Source: a virus (Duplodnaviria; Caudoviricetes). From it: 61,534 bases of DNA. The translations under genes and the position numbers were made by a program. Position 1 is the first letter of the stretch. Every line of letters starts with the position of its first letter. The notes below the pieces were generated by a model. The model did not search any database and was not told the DNA's origin. It saw only the letters and a program-made list of their open reading frames with translations. Shown here piece after piece: positions 43,601-53,451 of this stretch. The stretch spans positions 1 through 61,534 of the IMG/VR virus record IMGVR_UViG_3300042539_001144; one strand, written 5' to 3'.

Positions 43601-44804
43601 ATGCGGTAGCCCCCGTCAGTTCAGTGCCGGTGATCTTGCCGTCCCCAACCACGCCGACGCCGCCGTCCGGGTAGAACCGAACGAACACGCGGCGGTAAGA
43701 CACGCCAGTGTCGTAGCCGAACGCCACGACGGTTTGTTCGCGGGGTGGCTTCGGGAAGTTCGCTGGCAGTCGCTGCGCTACCGTGAACGTGCCTGTGGCG
43801 GTGACGGTGAGGGTCAGTTCTCCACGCAGTTGGATCATGCCGTTCAGGACACGGGCCTCGATCAGGCCAGAGCCCGCTACCTTCGTGCATGGCGTCCAAT
43901 CAATGTCTGCCGGGACGGTCTTTCCGCCCGAGATCATCTTCCGCACCTCGTCCATGACGCTCTGGCGGAACGCAGCACATGCGGGATCGGAGAGACTGAG
44001 CGTTGCGAGTTGCTTGGCAGCGACTGAAGTGGTTGCGGGGGCCAGCCACAGGTCGCCGTCCTTGAGGTCGCCAGCCGGAGCAGTGGGGCTTTCGTAGACA
44101 GCAGGTCGCTCGCCTTCTGCTCCGGCAGGGAGATTGAACAGGTCAACCACGCCTACGGGAGCAAAGGGCTTGTCGAGTTCGTCGGACGCAAGCCGCAGCC
44201 ACTGACCGCCGTCGTTCTGCGTCAGCGTCGAGGGGTTCTGCGGAGTCGGCAGGCCAGCCTCTGACTTGACGATCTTCGTGACCGAACGCACGGAGCCGTT
44301 GATCACGATGGTGGTCTGGTACTGCTGCCGCTGGATTGCGACGAGGGCACCGGAGCCATCGAAGTAGTGCAGGCCGTCAGCGTAGTCCTTGAAGGCGTCT
44401 TCGAGCCCTTGAGGCGTGGCGGCAGTCGGCTGTGGGGTTGTGCCCGCATGGCCGGTGATCGGCCCGTCGAGGCTGGCCGGAGGAATGGCCGCAATGGCGT
44501 CCGTGACGAACTGCTCGGTGGCGTAGCCGTTTAGGTCAACAGTCCCGCCCGTGACAACCCCGGCGATGGCCGCCGTAATGGCCGCATCCACTTCGGCCTT
44601 GGAGTACAGCGTGGCGATCTGACCGTCCACATAGGCGGTCGTGGCGTAGGCCGACAGGTCCACGGTCTGGAGCCCGCCGCCAGCGGGCAGCGCAGCCAGC
44701 AGGGCATCCACCTCGGCATCGGAATAGTAGCCGACGATCCCCTTGGCCGGGTTGATCGCGCTGGCGAAGTTCTGGTGCGGAGTCGGCCGGTCAGGTGCGG
44801 GCAT
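43590..44804 (-). CDS. tail fibre protein
   Basis: VDLSAYAT repeats, TAP...GDLW, LP..F.KP tip. Confidence 0.7.
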   Translation of the reverse strand: MPAPDRPTPHQNFASAINPAKGIVGYYSDAEVDALLAALPAGGGLQTVDLSAYATTAYVDGQIATLYSKAEVDAAITAAIAGVVTGGTVDLNGYATEQFVTDAIAAIPPASLDGPITGHAGTTPQPTAATPQGLEDAFKDYADGLHYFDGSGALVAIQRQQYQTTIVINGSVRSVTKIVKSEAGLPTPQNPSTLTQNDGGQWLRLASDELDKPFAPVGVVDLFNLPAGAEGERPAVYESPTAPAGDLKDGDLWLAPATTSVAAKQLATLSLSDPACAAFRQSVMDEVRKMISGGKTVPADIDWTPCTKVAGSGLIEARVLNGMIQLRGELTLTVTATGTFTVAQRLPANFPKPPREQTVVAFGYDTGVSYRRVFVRFYPDGGVGVVGDGKITGTELTGATAYAY

Positions 44805-44807
44805 GGT

Positions 44808-45740
44808 TCACTCTGCGATGAGGGGCAGGAGGTAGCGCTTGCCGTTCACGATGATCGGAATGCCGCCAACGATGTCGGGCTGGTAGAAGTTCAGCCCGTC
44901 CGGCGCAAGGCCAATCGGCTGGCCGCTTGACTGCACCGTCGTGATGTCGTCGGCAAACGTGAGCACCGGGTCGCGCAGAGCGGCTGCCGCTGGCGACTCG
45001 ATCAGCGGCAGCATGTACGTCTTGCCGTTCACCCGGATCGGCACAGCGCCGACGATGTCCGGCTGATGGAAGGTGAGGCCGTCCGGCGAGAGACCGATCG
45101 GCAGGCCGTTGGCCTGCTCGGTCAGCATCGAGTCGGAGTACACGGGCGGGTTCGCGTTCGTGTACTCGCCCGTGACGGGCGGCACGGGGTCGCCGGTCGG
45201 GTCCACCCAAATGGCGTTGCCGCCAGTTGGGGCAGGTGGCTCGGTGTCTGAGATCAGCACGGGCTCGGCGAAGTACCAGCCGGTGGCCGGATCGAGGTCG
45301 GACCGCAGGTAGCCGTCGCCCGTCGGGGTCGGCATCTGGTAGCCCGGGCTGGTCATCTTGCCGTCGCGGGCAAGAAGGACGCCGTACCACAGTTCTCCGA
45401 ACGCGCCGCCGTTGGCGATGACGTTGCCGTTGCCGAACACGTCGCCGGGGTTCCAGTCGGGCGAGGTGGCCTGCACCCGGGCGAACGTGACGTCGGTGTC
45501 CTTGAAGGCTGCCTTGAGGACCATCTGCTCCGCCCAAGTCTGGACGGGCATCGCGGGGTCCTCGGGCAATCCGACGGGGTTGCCGACCGTGTTGATCGTG
45601 CCGCTCGGCACGTTTGCCAGCGCGAGGTCGACGAGTTGCTTGACCGTCACTCGCTGCGTGGTGCCGCCGTTGACGACCGGGATGAGGCCGGTCGGCTGGG
45701 CGGTGCCCGCGGGCAGTGCGGAGATTTTGACGTCGGCCAT
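44808..45740 (-). CDS. tail fibre-related protein
   Basis: MADVKISALP N-terminus; duplicated PIGL.PDGL.F.QPDIVG..PI.VNGK.Y.LPLI. Confidence 0.7.
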   Translation of the reverse strand: MADVKISALPAGTAQPTGLIPVVNGGTTQRVTVKQLVDLALANVPSGTINTVGNPVGLPEDPAMPVQTWAEQMVLKAAFKDTDVTFARVQATSPDWNPGDVFGNGNVIANGGAFGELWYGVLLARDGKMTSPGYQMPTPTGDGYLRSDLDPATGWYFAEPVLISDTEPPAPTGGNAIWVDPTGDPVPPVTGEYTNANPPVYSDSMLTEQANGLPIGLSPDGLTFHQPDIVGAVPIRVNGKTYMLPLIESPAAAALRDPVLTFADDITTVQSSGQPIGLAPDGLNFYQPDIVGGIPIIVNGKRYLLPLIAE

Positions 45741-45742
45741 CG

Positions 45743-45904
45743 CTACGGGTTGTTCTGTTCGGTTCGGAGTTTGTCAGCCTTCTCGGTGTTGATCACCTCG
45801 CCCGTCTCGGCGAGGATGCGGTGCGTCTCGATGACTGGCGGCGGTGGCGGAACGTAGCCCCCCTTGCTGCGGTCCTGACACGGCGCAAGGAAGAGGTCGG
45901 CCAT
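45743..45904 (-). CDS. small protein (53 aa)
   Basis: Hand-translated; ILAETGEVINTE; fills the gap between coupled genes. Confidence 0.5.
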   Translation of the reverse strand: MADLFLAPCQDRSKGGYVPPPPPVIETHRILAETGEVINTEKADKLRTEQNNP

Positions 45905-45907
45905 GCA

Positions 45908-46222
45908 TCACCCCTTGACCATGAGAGTCCCCTTGACGTCGGCGCCACGGACAACGAGGTACGTCGCGGCGTAGACGCCGTGGGGGAACTCGTAGGCGCT
46001 GCCCTCGGCCACCGTGAGGGTGCAGGGCTGCGCCTCCTGATTGATCAGAGGCGACGGCTCGTCGCCGGGCTTCGCGACCACGCAGAGTTCGAGCGTGCCG
46101 CCACCTTCCTCGACCAGAAGGATCGCACCCGAGACGGCGGCGAACTGCACGACAGTGCCGGAGCCGTCGGCCTTGAAGTCGACCGGGTACGATCCGCCGC
46201 CGCGCTTTACTACAGGGGGCAT
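45908..46222 (-). CDS. hypothetical virion protein
   Basis: GAGG RBS; CGCCATAA upstream. Confidence 0.65.
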   Translation of the reverse strand: MPPVVKRGGGSYPVDFKADGSGTVVQFAAVSGAILLVEEGGGTLELCVVAKPGDEPSPLINQEAQPCTLTVAEGSAYEFPHGVYAATYLVVRGADVKGTLMVKG

Positions 46223-46252
46223 GCCAGCCTCTCCGTGGGTGCTTCGCCCTTG

Positions 46253-46285
46253 TTATGGCGTCGGCCACGGCAGGCCCAGCATCAC
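46253..46285 (-). promoter_or_regulatory. candidate late promoter
   Basis: GTGATGCT-N17-CGCCATAA. Confidence 0.55.
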
Positions 46286-46830
46286 TTGCCCTTGCGCTTC
46301 CAGTGCGGCGTGTGCTTGTCCCGAACGCGCTGCTCCGCGGCCGTTCTCGTCAGGCCGGGCTCGGCTGCCATCTCTTTCCGGGCCAGTTCGCGGACGAGTT
46401 TCGGGTTGAGCCCAGCGGCGCGCTGGGGCGGGGCAACGCCCTCGGGCGGCGTGTAGTTCACCTGACCGCGGACCTCCAGCCGACGCTTCTTGGCGACCCG
46501 GAGGAGATCGTCCTTGCCGCTGATCCATGCCTGCGGATCGAGGTGCGCCCGGGAGTCCGCGATCCCGCCGTGGTAGTAGCGGCCCTCGGTCGAGATGCCA
46601 GCCTTCTTGGCTTCCCGCAGCATCCACTGGGCCTGCCGCTTGGGAATCTTGTCGAGCCACTCGGCGTTCTTGCGGCCCTGCATGAACGAGTCGTCCGTGC
46701 CGTGGACGCCCGGCGCGATCTGGAGCGCGCACATCTCGGCGAACCGCGGCGTCTGGCCGTCGGCGATCATCTTCCGGTAGTGCGCCTGCGCCTCGGGCGA
46801 AGCGGACGCGATCTCAAACGGGAGGTCCAT
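46282..46830 (-). CDS. hypothetical protein
   Basis: 182 aa directly after the portal. Confidence 0.7.
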   Translation of the reverse strand: MDLPFEIASASPEAQAHYRKMIADGQTPRFAEMCALQIAPGVHGTDDSFMQGRKNAEWLDKIPKRQAQWMLREAKKAGISTEGRYYHGGIADSRAHLDPQAWISGKDDLLRVAKKRRLEVRGQVNYTPPEGVAPPQRAAGLNPKLVRELARKEMAAEPGLTRTAAEQRVRDKHTPHWKRKGK

Positions 46831-48904
46831 TCATCGGCTCCTCGGGGTTGGTCGTGGCCTCCCCGCCGCCTTCAACGCCATCCGGTGGAGGGGGGCCGGG
46901 AACTGGCGGAGGCGGCGGGGGAGGCGGGATCAGGAAGGGAGTGGCGTCGAGATCGTTGGCCTTGGCCCAAGCGTCGATCAGTGCGTTCATCGGACCGACG
47001 ACCCCGGCGCCCACCAGCGGCTGGAGCAGCGGGCCAAGGGTCTGGAACGCCATCGCCATGCGGTCCATCTCCGCCTGCTTGTTGAGGCGACGGGCCGAGC
47101 CGCTCGCGATGGTGTACTCGTACTCGCGCGTGATGGACGAGAAGTTCATCCCATCCTTGGGCGTGACGTGCATGGCCCACGCCTCGGCGCCGAGCGGACC
47201 GAGCACCGGGGACACGTCCTGCGGGCGCAGCAGCCATCGGGCGGCCATCGCCTCCTTGCGGGCCACCCGGGACATGAAGTCCTCGAAGTTCTGCGCCATG
47301 TCGTCGGGCCGGATCGACAGGTTGTCCTGCTTGACCTGCGCCTCACTGGCCGAGCGCATCTGGTTCCGCGTGGAGCCGTACACGAGTTCGGTGAGGCCGA
47401 CTCGTTTGTCGAACTGCTCCGCCACGGCGGCCAAAATGTCCCACATGTCCCGCGTCACGCCGGGGACGGCGAAGACCGATACGATGTCGCTGACCGATCG
47501 GCCGAGCGACTCGCTGATCTCCAGCAGTTTGAAGCCGTTCTCCGACGGGGCGAGGAGTTGGCCCTTGATGTCCGAGTCCGCCGCCTTAGACACGCCGATG
47601 ATCGTCTCGCACGACGTGGCGATGCGAGTCATCAGGAAGGACATTCCCCAGTTCAAGAATCGAAGTTCCCCGATCCCCGGGCGGATGTGGCTCACGGGCC
47701 AGAGCGCGTTCGGCTTTCGGTGGGGCGCGAACATCTCGAACGGCCAGCCGCCGTTGTCAGCCCACAGCGGAATGGGCCACGAGGTCCGGATGCGCAGGGA
47801 CTGCGGCATGCCCTCCTCGTCGAGTTCCTCATCCAGAGCAGATGGCGGGACGTTGAGCGGGTAGTCCACGCCCTCGGCGACCACGATGTAGCAGTTGTCG
47901 CCCAGCGGATCGAACACGCCGCGGTCGCTCTTCTTGGCGTCCTTGAGGCGGTCGCCGAAGCCGCACTTGCTCCAGACCTTGTAGAAGGTCACGAGGTCGT
48001 TCGTCTTCCCGGTGCGCTTCTTGCCCGACCGGGAGTCGCCCGTCTTTTCGTCGGTGTGTCGGGACGTCGAGTCGTACGACTCCAAGTTCGCCTTGAGGTC
48101 CGCTCGCTGGAGGCCGAACATGCGAGCCGCCTGATCGATCGGGAGCACGCACTTCTTGGCGCACCATGTGATCTCCTCGATCACCTGCGCGTCCGGGTCC
48201 AGAAGCAGGTTGTCGACCGAGTCGAAGAACGATCCGATGACGAGGGTCGGCTCGGCGGGCGGAATGTTCTGCTGCTCGACGGCCTCGGTCCACAGCACGC
48301 CGCCGCCCTTGATGAGGGCCTCGTCCACCACCTGACGCCCATGGGAGATCAGGTTGTTCTCGATGGGCGTCCAGTTCAGGTACGCCTGCATCAACTCAGC
48401 GACCATGCGCTTCGTCTGGTCCGCTGCGTCGATCGCCTGCGAAGCCTCGATGAACTGCATGACCCGTGGGTCCGGCATCGACTGCCCGGTCATCGGGTCG
48501 ACTTGGTACGCCTCCGGGTCGACGCCCACCATCTGCGGCGGGATCACCGGGAACTTCCGCGGGGTCACAGTGCGGACCGGGTTGCGGTTGTAGATGACCG
48601 CGCCGATGAGTTTCACGACCTCCCACACGCGGTTCACGGTGAGGCGAAACGCGGGCGCCGGGGTGGGGCGCGACATGAGGGTGAGGCCGCGGTTGCTGTT
48701 CTCGAAGAACCACCGTGGCCCGCCGTCGAAGAAGTGCATCGCCTCCTTCGCGTCCGAGTCGAACGCCGACTTGGCCTTCTTCGCAGACGAGATTTTCTTC
48801 AGCCACGCCTGCGCGATCGGCTTCAGTGGCGAGGCAGGGTTCAGGGGAGCCTGCTTGAGGTCCTCCCCGTCGCCCCTGTCCTCCTTGAGATCGTCTTCCG
48901 CCAT
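46814..48904 (-). CDS. portal protein
   Basis: 696 aa after terminase; ALIKGGG.L, LLDPDA and RSASEAQ patterns typical of P22/T7-like portals; Pro-rich tail. Confidence 0.8.
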   Translation of the reverse strand: MAEDDLKEDRGDGEDLKQAPLNPASPLKPIAQAWLKKISSAKKAKSAFDSDAKEAMHFFDGGPRWFFENSNRGLTLMSRPTPAPAFRLTVNRVWEVVKLIGAVIYNRNPVRTVTPRKFPVIPPQMVGVDPEAYQVDPMTGQSMPDPRVMQFIEASQAIDAADQTKRMVAELMQAYLNWTPIENNLISHGRQVVDEALIKGGGVLWTEAVEQQNIPPAEPTLVIGSFFDSVDNLLLDPDAQVIEEITWCAKKCVLPIDQAARMFGLQRADLKANLESYDSTSRHTDEKTGDSRSGKKRTGKTNDLVTFYKVWSKCGFGDRLKDAKKSDRGVFDPLGDNCYIVVAEGVDYPLNVPPSALDEELDEEGMPQSLRIRTSWPIPLWADNGGWPFEMFAPHRKPNALWPVSHIRPGIGELRFLNWGMSFLMTRIATSCETIIGVSKAADSDIKGQLLAPSENGFKLLEISESLGRSVSDIVSVFAVPGVTRDMWDILAAVAEQFDKRVGLTELVYGSTRNQMRSASEAQVKQDNLSIRPDDMAQNFEDFMSRVARKEAMAARWLLRPQDVSPVLGPLGAEAWAMHVTPKDGMNFSSITREYEYTIASGSARRLNKQAEMDRMAMAFQTLGPLLQPLVGAGVVGPMNALIDAWAKANDLDATPFLIPPPPPPPPVPGPPPPDGVEGGGEATTNPEEPMNGPPV

Positions 48905-48922
48905 CCGTGGCCTCCACCCTCG

Positions 48923-48930
48923 TTATGGCG
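48923..48930 (-). promoter_or_regulatory. candidate late promoter -10 element
   Basis: CGCCATAA, 18 nt upstream of the portal ATG. Confidence 0.55.
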
Positions 48931-49287
48931 TCACTCGGCCTTCTTGCTGCTCTGCTGGTTCCGGGCCAGCACGGAGACGACCTGCGGCATCATGGTCCGC
49001 AGTTTCTTCAGCGTCTCCGTTGCCGGGTGGAAGCGCCAGCAGCCCCACTGCCGCCACGCGGAGTTGTCCACGAGACCCGGATCGTCCGCGTGACGCACCG
49101 ACGGCTTCTCGACGAACCCCTCGTCGGGAGAGAAGGTCAGGATGAACACCGTGTTCACGCCCGGGCGACGGGAGACCCAGCCGATCACCGGGTCCTTCTG
49201 GTTCAGGACGTTGCTGTAGAACAGCACCATGTCCCCGAGTTCCACCGTCTGCGTCGGGAAGTCAGACCCATTCGTACTGCTCGACAT
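48931..49287 (-). CDS. hypothetical protein
   Basis: GGAGG RBS; GDMVLFY. Confidence 0.6.
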   Translation of the reverse strand: MSSSTNGSDFPTQTVELGDMVLFYSNVLNQKDPVIGWVSRRPGVNTVFILTFSPDEGFVEKPSVRHADDPGLVDNSAWRQWGCWRFHPATETLKKLRTMMPQVVSVLARNQQSSKKAE

Positions 49288-50965
49288 TCGTCGCCTCCTC
49301 GCTTGACGCCTTGGCGTCGGACTCCGGGCCCAAATAGACGCACGCACCCGCCCGGTTCTTGGTCTTGCGCGCGATGTAGTTGATTATCCACTCGGGGGTC
49401 GTATCAGACTCGTCCTTTTTCGGAGGCGATCGGTACTTCGGCTCCGTCGCTGCCAAGTACTCCATGCACTGGCATGCATGCACCTCGCCGCGGGTGTTCG
49501 GCTCGTCGCTCACCACGGACAGCCCGTTGATGAAGTGGGTCTTCTTCCGGTAGCGCCGCAGTTCCCGCTCAAGGTTCGGGCAGGCCCCGCGCAGCACCCG
49601 GAGGCGCGGCTTGCCGTCTGGCCGGATGTGGAGCGCCGTGCGGACCGCGGAGGTCCGGGCCTGAATGTCATCGCAGCCCGCCAAGAACCCCGCCCCCGTC
49701 GTCAGGGAGCGCAGTTTGAACAGGCGCATCTGCTCCATGTACTGCTCGACCACGGCCCGGCCGGAGCCGATGTCCGTGATCCGGCCGCCGTGCATGTCGA
49801 TGATCCACTGGTAGAAGGTCTGGCCCTGCGCCTTCTCCGCGAACTTGGCGCCGAAGATCGCGGCAGAGCACTGCCGGATGTACAGTTCGTCGTAGATCAG
49901 CATCATCGAGTTGTCGGGCGGGACGGCTGCGAACAGGGCGGCGGTCACTGAGTGCCCCGGGTCGATGGCGACGTAGCGGGTCCAGTCCGCGGGAACCTGC
50001 GAGTCCGGCAGGTCCTCGCGCAGGAGCCCGTGGACCGACATGGCGAAGTTGGGGTAGACGAGGACGGAGTCCGTGATGAACTCGCCCTCGGCGCGCATCC
50101 GGAGCACGTCCTCGCCCTGCGCCGCCCACCGCTCCAGCATCTTGGACTTCTCGGTCGAGTCGATCCAAGCGTTGTCGAGAAAGCGCAGCGTGAACTTCTT
50201 GATGGTGGTCTCGGCGGTGCCTGCCTCCTCCGCGCGGTCGGCGCGCTCGGACAGGGACAGCAGCGACTCCGACTTCGAGTGGGGCATGGCCGACCAGACC
50301 AGCCGCCCCTTCTTGTCGGCGAGCCGGGCCTGCGCCTCGGGGAGGATGTTGTCGTTCCCGACGTCCTCGTCGATGTGGATCAGTGAGGCGGCGTAGCCTT
50401 GGGCAGGTTCCCCTTCGGCGCTGAAGAACTGAATCTTCCAGCCGTTGTGGAGTTCGATGCTGTTGCAGTAGTTGCTGGACTTCAGCACCCACGAGATGGT
50501 CTTGATCATCCGCGGCGGGATCAGCGGCGGCGCGGGCTTCGCGAGGTGCTTGCGGGCCTCATCCGTGGTCGGGTTGAAGGCCCTCCACTTGTTGGTCTGC
50601 TCGTCGCGGATGATCTTGAACGCCCCGGCCTTCAGGAGGTAGGGTACTGCCACGAGCCCGATGTGGGTCCAGTTCCGGCCGATGATCACCAGCAGCCCGT
50701 CCTTCTCGGGGTACTTGCCGTAGGGGTCCTGCCCCGTGGCGGCGCGAGCGTCCTCGACGAACGTGCAGAGTGACTTTCCGGACCGATTCCCCCCGATCAC
50801 GAGCGCTTCGCTGGCGCGGCATTTGTGGAACTCGTCCTGCATCGGCGAGGGCGTGTAGAGTTTCAGCGCCTCGATCCGCCGCTCGTTGATCTCGGCCTGT
50901 AGTTCCCGCAGGCGATCCTGCGCGAACTTGGACGGCTTACCCGGCGGCTTCGGTAGCGGTTGCAT
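49262..50965 (-). CDS. terL: terminase large subunit
   Basis: QDEFH, GGNRSGKS Walker A, IHIDED Walker B, AIDPG nuclease motif, IYDELY. Confidence 0.92.
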   Translation of the reverse strand: MQPLPKPPGKPSKFAQDRLRELQAEINERRIEALKLYTPSPMQDEFHKCRASEALVIGGNRSGKSLCTFVEDARAATGQDPYGKYPEKDGLLVIIGRNWTHIGLVAVPYLLKAGAFKIIRDEQTNKWRAFNPTTDEARKHLAKPAPPLIPPRMIKTISWVLKSSNYCNSIELHNGWKIQFFSAEGEPAQGYAASLIHIDEDVGNDNILPEAQARLADKKGRLVWSAMPHSKSESLLSLSERADRAEEAGTAETTIKKFTLRFLDNAWIDSTEKSKMLERWAAQGEDVLRMRAEGEFITDSVLVYPNFAMSVHGLLREDLPDSQVPADWTRYVAIDPGHSVTAALFAAVPPDNSMMLIYDELYIRQCSAAIFGAKFAEKAQGQTFYQWIIDMHGGRITDIGSGRAVVEQYMEQMRLFKLRSLTTGAGFLAGCDDIQARTSAVRTALHIRPDGKPRLRVLRGACPNLERELRRYRKKTHFINGLSVVSDEPNTRGEVHACQCMEYLAATEPKYRSPPKKDESDTTPEWIINYIARKTKNRAGACVYLGPESDAKASSEEATNVEQYEWV

Positions 50966-51491
50966 CGACCACCTCCAGTGCTGGGACAGCGGGCGCCGGG
51001 AGGCTGATCGAGGCCGCGGCGTCGATCAGTCGTTGCTCGATCTCGGAGTTCAACTCGTCTTCGGTCCAGAACGTGAGGGGCTTCTTCGATCCGCCCTGCT
51101 CGGCATTGGTCGTCACGAGTCGGGTCACCATCTCAAGCAGTTTGGTGCGGGCGGCGCTGCCGGGCTTCGCGTCGAAGTACTGCTTCAGCAGCATGCTGGA
51201 GAACCCAGCCACGCCGCCGAAGTAGTCCATCAACTGCTCAAGCAACTCCGCCGAGTGAGGCACCGTGGCGCCGCCGGACCGGGCCGAGGCGATGAGGGTG
51301 TCGACGGCCTTCCCCTCGATCCGCGCCATCTTGCGGGCGCGGGTCTCGTTCCTCTGCTCCCGGGCGACCTTGCGCTTCTTGGCAACGCAGGCGAGGCACA
51401 TCGTCCTCTGCTTGCGGTACACCGGGAACATGACGTCGTCGTCAGGACGAACGTCACCGCACTCGACGCAGCACTTCTCGCCGGGCCCCAC
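50937..51491 (-). CDS. putative terminase small subunit with N-terminal Zn finger
   Basis: CVEC...CLAC; directly upstream of terL; TEDEL tail. Confidence 0.5.
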   Translation of the reverse strand: MGPGEKCCVECGDVRPDDDVMFPVYRKQRTMCLACVAKKRKVAREQRNETRARKMARIEGKAVDTLIASARSGGATVPHSAELLEQLMDYFGGVAGFSSMLLKQYFDAKPGSAARTKLLEMVTRLVTTNAEQGGSKKPLTFWTEDELNSEIEQRLIDAAASISLPAPAVPALEVVDATATEAAG

Positions 51492-51573
51492 AGGGCACCT
51501 CCTCGCGATGGAAACCCGATCGGGAGCGTCCTCCCGACCGGGCCCCGAGCGTCCGGCGAGCGCCGGACTTGTC

Positions 51574-52149
51574 CTACCCGAGCAGGCCCGACAGCGGGCT
51601 CTTGCCCGGGCTGAATCCCCCGCCCCCGATCCGCTGGCCGCCCGCCCCGTACAGGTTCATGCCGGGCGTGTTCTGTGCGCCACCAGCCAGATTGCCCATC
51701 ACGGAGGCCATCGAGTTGGTCGCGTTGTTCATCGCACCCGTGACGTTCTTCGAGTGCTCCCGCTTCGTGTCCTCGGCGTACATCCCGAGTTGGCGCTGCG
51801 TGCCGGAGTCGAACTTCCGGCGGGCAGCCTCCTCTTGGATGGCCTTCTTCTCGAACTGCTGCTGGCGACGGGCGTCGTCGTACGCCCGGCGGCTGGCGGC
51901 CTGCTGCGCCTCCCACGCCTCTCGGGCGGCGTACTTCTCCGCCTCACGGTTGGGACCGTACATGCCGGTCATCATCTGACTGGCCGAGAGCATCTGCCCG
52001 GTGCCGCGGGTGTCGGTATTGGCGCCGCGGGCGTGCATGGCCGCCTCGTACGCCTGCCGCTCCTGCGCCTGCTGCTGGCGGGCGTAGTAGTCGTCGTACG
52101 ACTCGTCCCAGTCGGACTCGTAGGCGTCGGACTCGTAGGTGTCGGCCAT
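51574..52149 (-). CDS. hypothetical (possible virion) protein
   Basis: AGGAG RBS; acidic YESDAYESD repeat at the N-terminus. Confidence 0.65.
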   Translation of the reverse strand: MADTYESDAYESDWDESYDDYYARQQQAQERQAYEAAMHARGANTDTRGTGQMLSASQMMTGMYGPNREAEKYAAREAWEAQQAASRRAYDDARRQQQFEKKAIQEEAARRKFDSGTQRQLGMYAEDTKREHSKNVTGAMNNATNSMASVMGNLAGGAQNTPGMNLYGAGGQRIGGGGFSPGKSPLSGLLG

Positions 52150-52151
52150 GG

Positions 52152-52541
52152 CTATGCCTGCTCCTTCTTGTTCGGGTCGTGGTACGAGGCGACTCCGCCG
52201 CGAGAGACGCTGCCGCTGGACGAACTGCTCTCGCTGTCGATGCGGGTGCCCGGGAGGACCATCTTGCCTTTGTAGAGGCCGCCTTGGCCGCCGGTCGCGG
52301 CGAAGCCGTCGAGGTAGTCCTTGAGTTCGGCGATGCGCCTGCCGGTCGCGAGCGAGCCCTCGATGTCCCCTCGGTGGAGGTTGGACAACTGCGATGCCTG
52401 TAGGGAGGCCGCTTCGTCGCCGACCTTGTAGGCGGCGTCCTGACCGGAGTGGTCGTAGTTGACGGAGCGAGAGCCGCTTGAGGAAACCTCGCCCCGGCTG
52501 CTCAACTCGTTGACGGGTCCGTACTGAAGCATGCGGCTCAC
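52152..52541 (-). CDS. hypothetical protein
   Basis: 129 aa, Ser-rich. Confidence 0.6.
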   Translation of the reverse strand: MSRMLQYGPVNELSSRGEVSSSGSRSVNYDHSGQDAAYKVGDEAASLQASQLSNLHRGDIEGSLATGRRIAELKDYLDGFAATGGQGGLYKGKMVLPGTRIDSESSSSSGSVSRGGVASYHDPNKKEQA

Positions 52542-52618
52542 CTATGAGAACGGGCGACGGGGCGGCCTCCTGCCATCCCGCCGCCCGCGAGGTCAGTCAG
52601 GCCCGGGCCCGACCGAGA

Positions 52619-52879
52619 TCACTTTTCCGTCGGGGTGTCCTTGTTGGCCTTCTCCAGCGCACGGTCCTCGGTGCGGAGAGCCTTGGCGCGCTCCTCGTAC
52701 TTGGAGGCGTAGAACCGGGCCCGCGCGGCCCGCCGCTCCCGCCGCATCTCCTGCTTCGACTGCTTGATCTGGTGACCAAGTTCGAGGCGGTCGCGGGCGT
52801 CGGTGTGCTCCACCGTGTCACCAGCGAACGCCATCGGGGCGAAGGCCAGCAGCAGGGCGCCGATCAGGAATCGCTTCAT
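52619..52879 (-). CDS. secreted small protein
   Basis: Signal peptide MKRFLIGALLLAFAPMAFA; basic helical body. Confidence 0.6.
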   Translation of the reverse strand: MKRFLIGALLLAFAPMAFAGDTVEHTDARDRLELGHQIKQSKQEMRRERRAARARFYASKYEERAKALRTEDRALEKANKDTPTEK

Positions 52880-52894
52880 GGGGGTCACCTTGGG

Positions 52895-53419
52895 TCAGGG
52901 GATCGTCGGGGTCGTCGTGGTCGCGTCGGTGTCGGCGGCCGGGTCGACGACCACCTCGACCTCTTCCTCGGTGCCGTCGGCGAGGAGTCGCGTGACGGGC
53001 GCCGCGGTGCCGTTGACGACGTTGATCCGCTGCCGCTTGTTCGTGGCCGGGTCCGTGTACGGACCCTGAATCACGAGCCAGCAGACCTCACCGGGCTCGC
53101 AGCCGCCGAGGGCGTCCGCGCCGGTGCCGGTCACCTTCGGCAGGTACTCGTCGACCACGCCCTTGTAGCCCGCCACCGTCTTGGCCGCGCCGGGCGCCCA
53201 CGGGGTCGTGCCCGGGGCGTCGGGGTTGCGGACGGCGAGGCAGGTCACGATCTCGGGCGACAGGACGGCGCCCGTCTTCGCGTGGACGTCGGTGAACTCC
53301 TTCGTGGTCAGCACGACGGAGGCACCCGTGACGGTCGGGTCGGTCTTCTCGATGGGGTGATTCCACCGAGCACCGAGGACGTGGCCGCGACCGAAGCCGG
53401 GATCGAACGTGTAGGACAT
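52895..53419 (-). CDS. putative capsid decoration protein
   Basis: Follows the MCP; GVVDEYLP...G.VCWLVIQGP. Confidence 0.6.
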   Translation of the reverse strand: MSYTFDPGFGRGHVLGARWNHPIEKTDPTVTGASVVLTTKEFTDVHAKTGAVLSPEIVTCLAVRNPDAPGTTPWAPGAAKTVAGYKGVVDEYLPKVTGTGADALGGCEPGEVCWLVIQGPYTDPATNKRQRINVVNGTAAPVTRLLADGTEEEVEVVVDPAADTDATTTTPTIP

Positions 53420-53451
53420 GAGGCGAACCTTTCCTTGGGAGAGTGGGGGGG

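Noticed and set aside
33501-45740. Diversity-generating retroelement acting on fibre genes
   Set aside because: No reverse transcriptase and no adenine-specific TR/VR pair seen; repeats are protein-level duplications
51520-51537. TCGGGAGCGTCCTCCCGA hairpin resembling the early GCGTT hairpins
   Set aside because: Short stem, different loop, opposite orientation to local transcription
52111-52139. Tandem repeat GTCGGACTCGTAGG with 15-bp period
   Set aside because: Simply encodes YESDAYESD; only two copies
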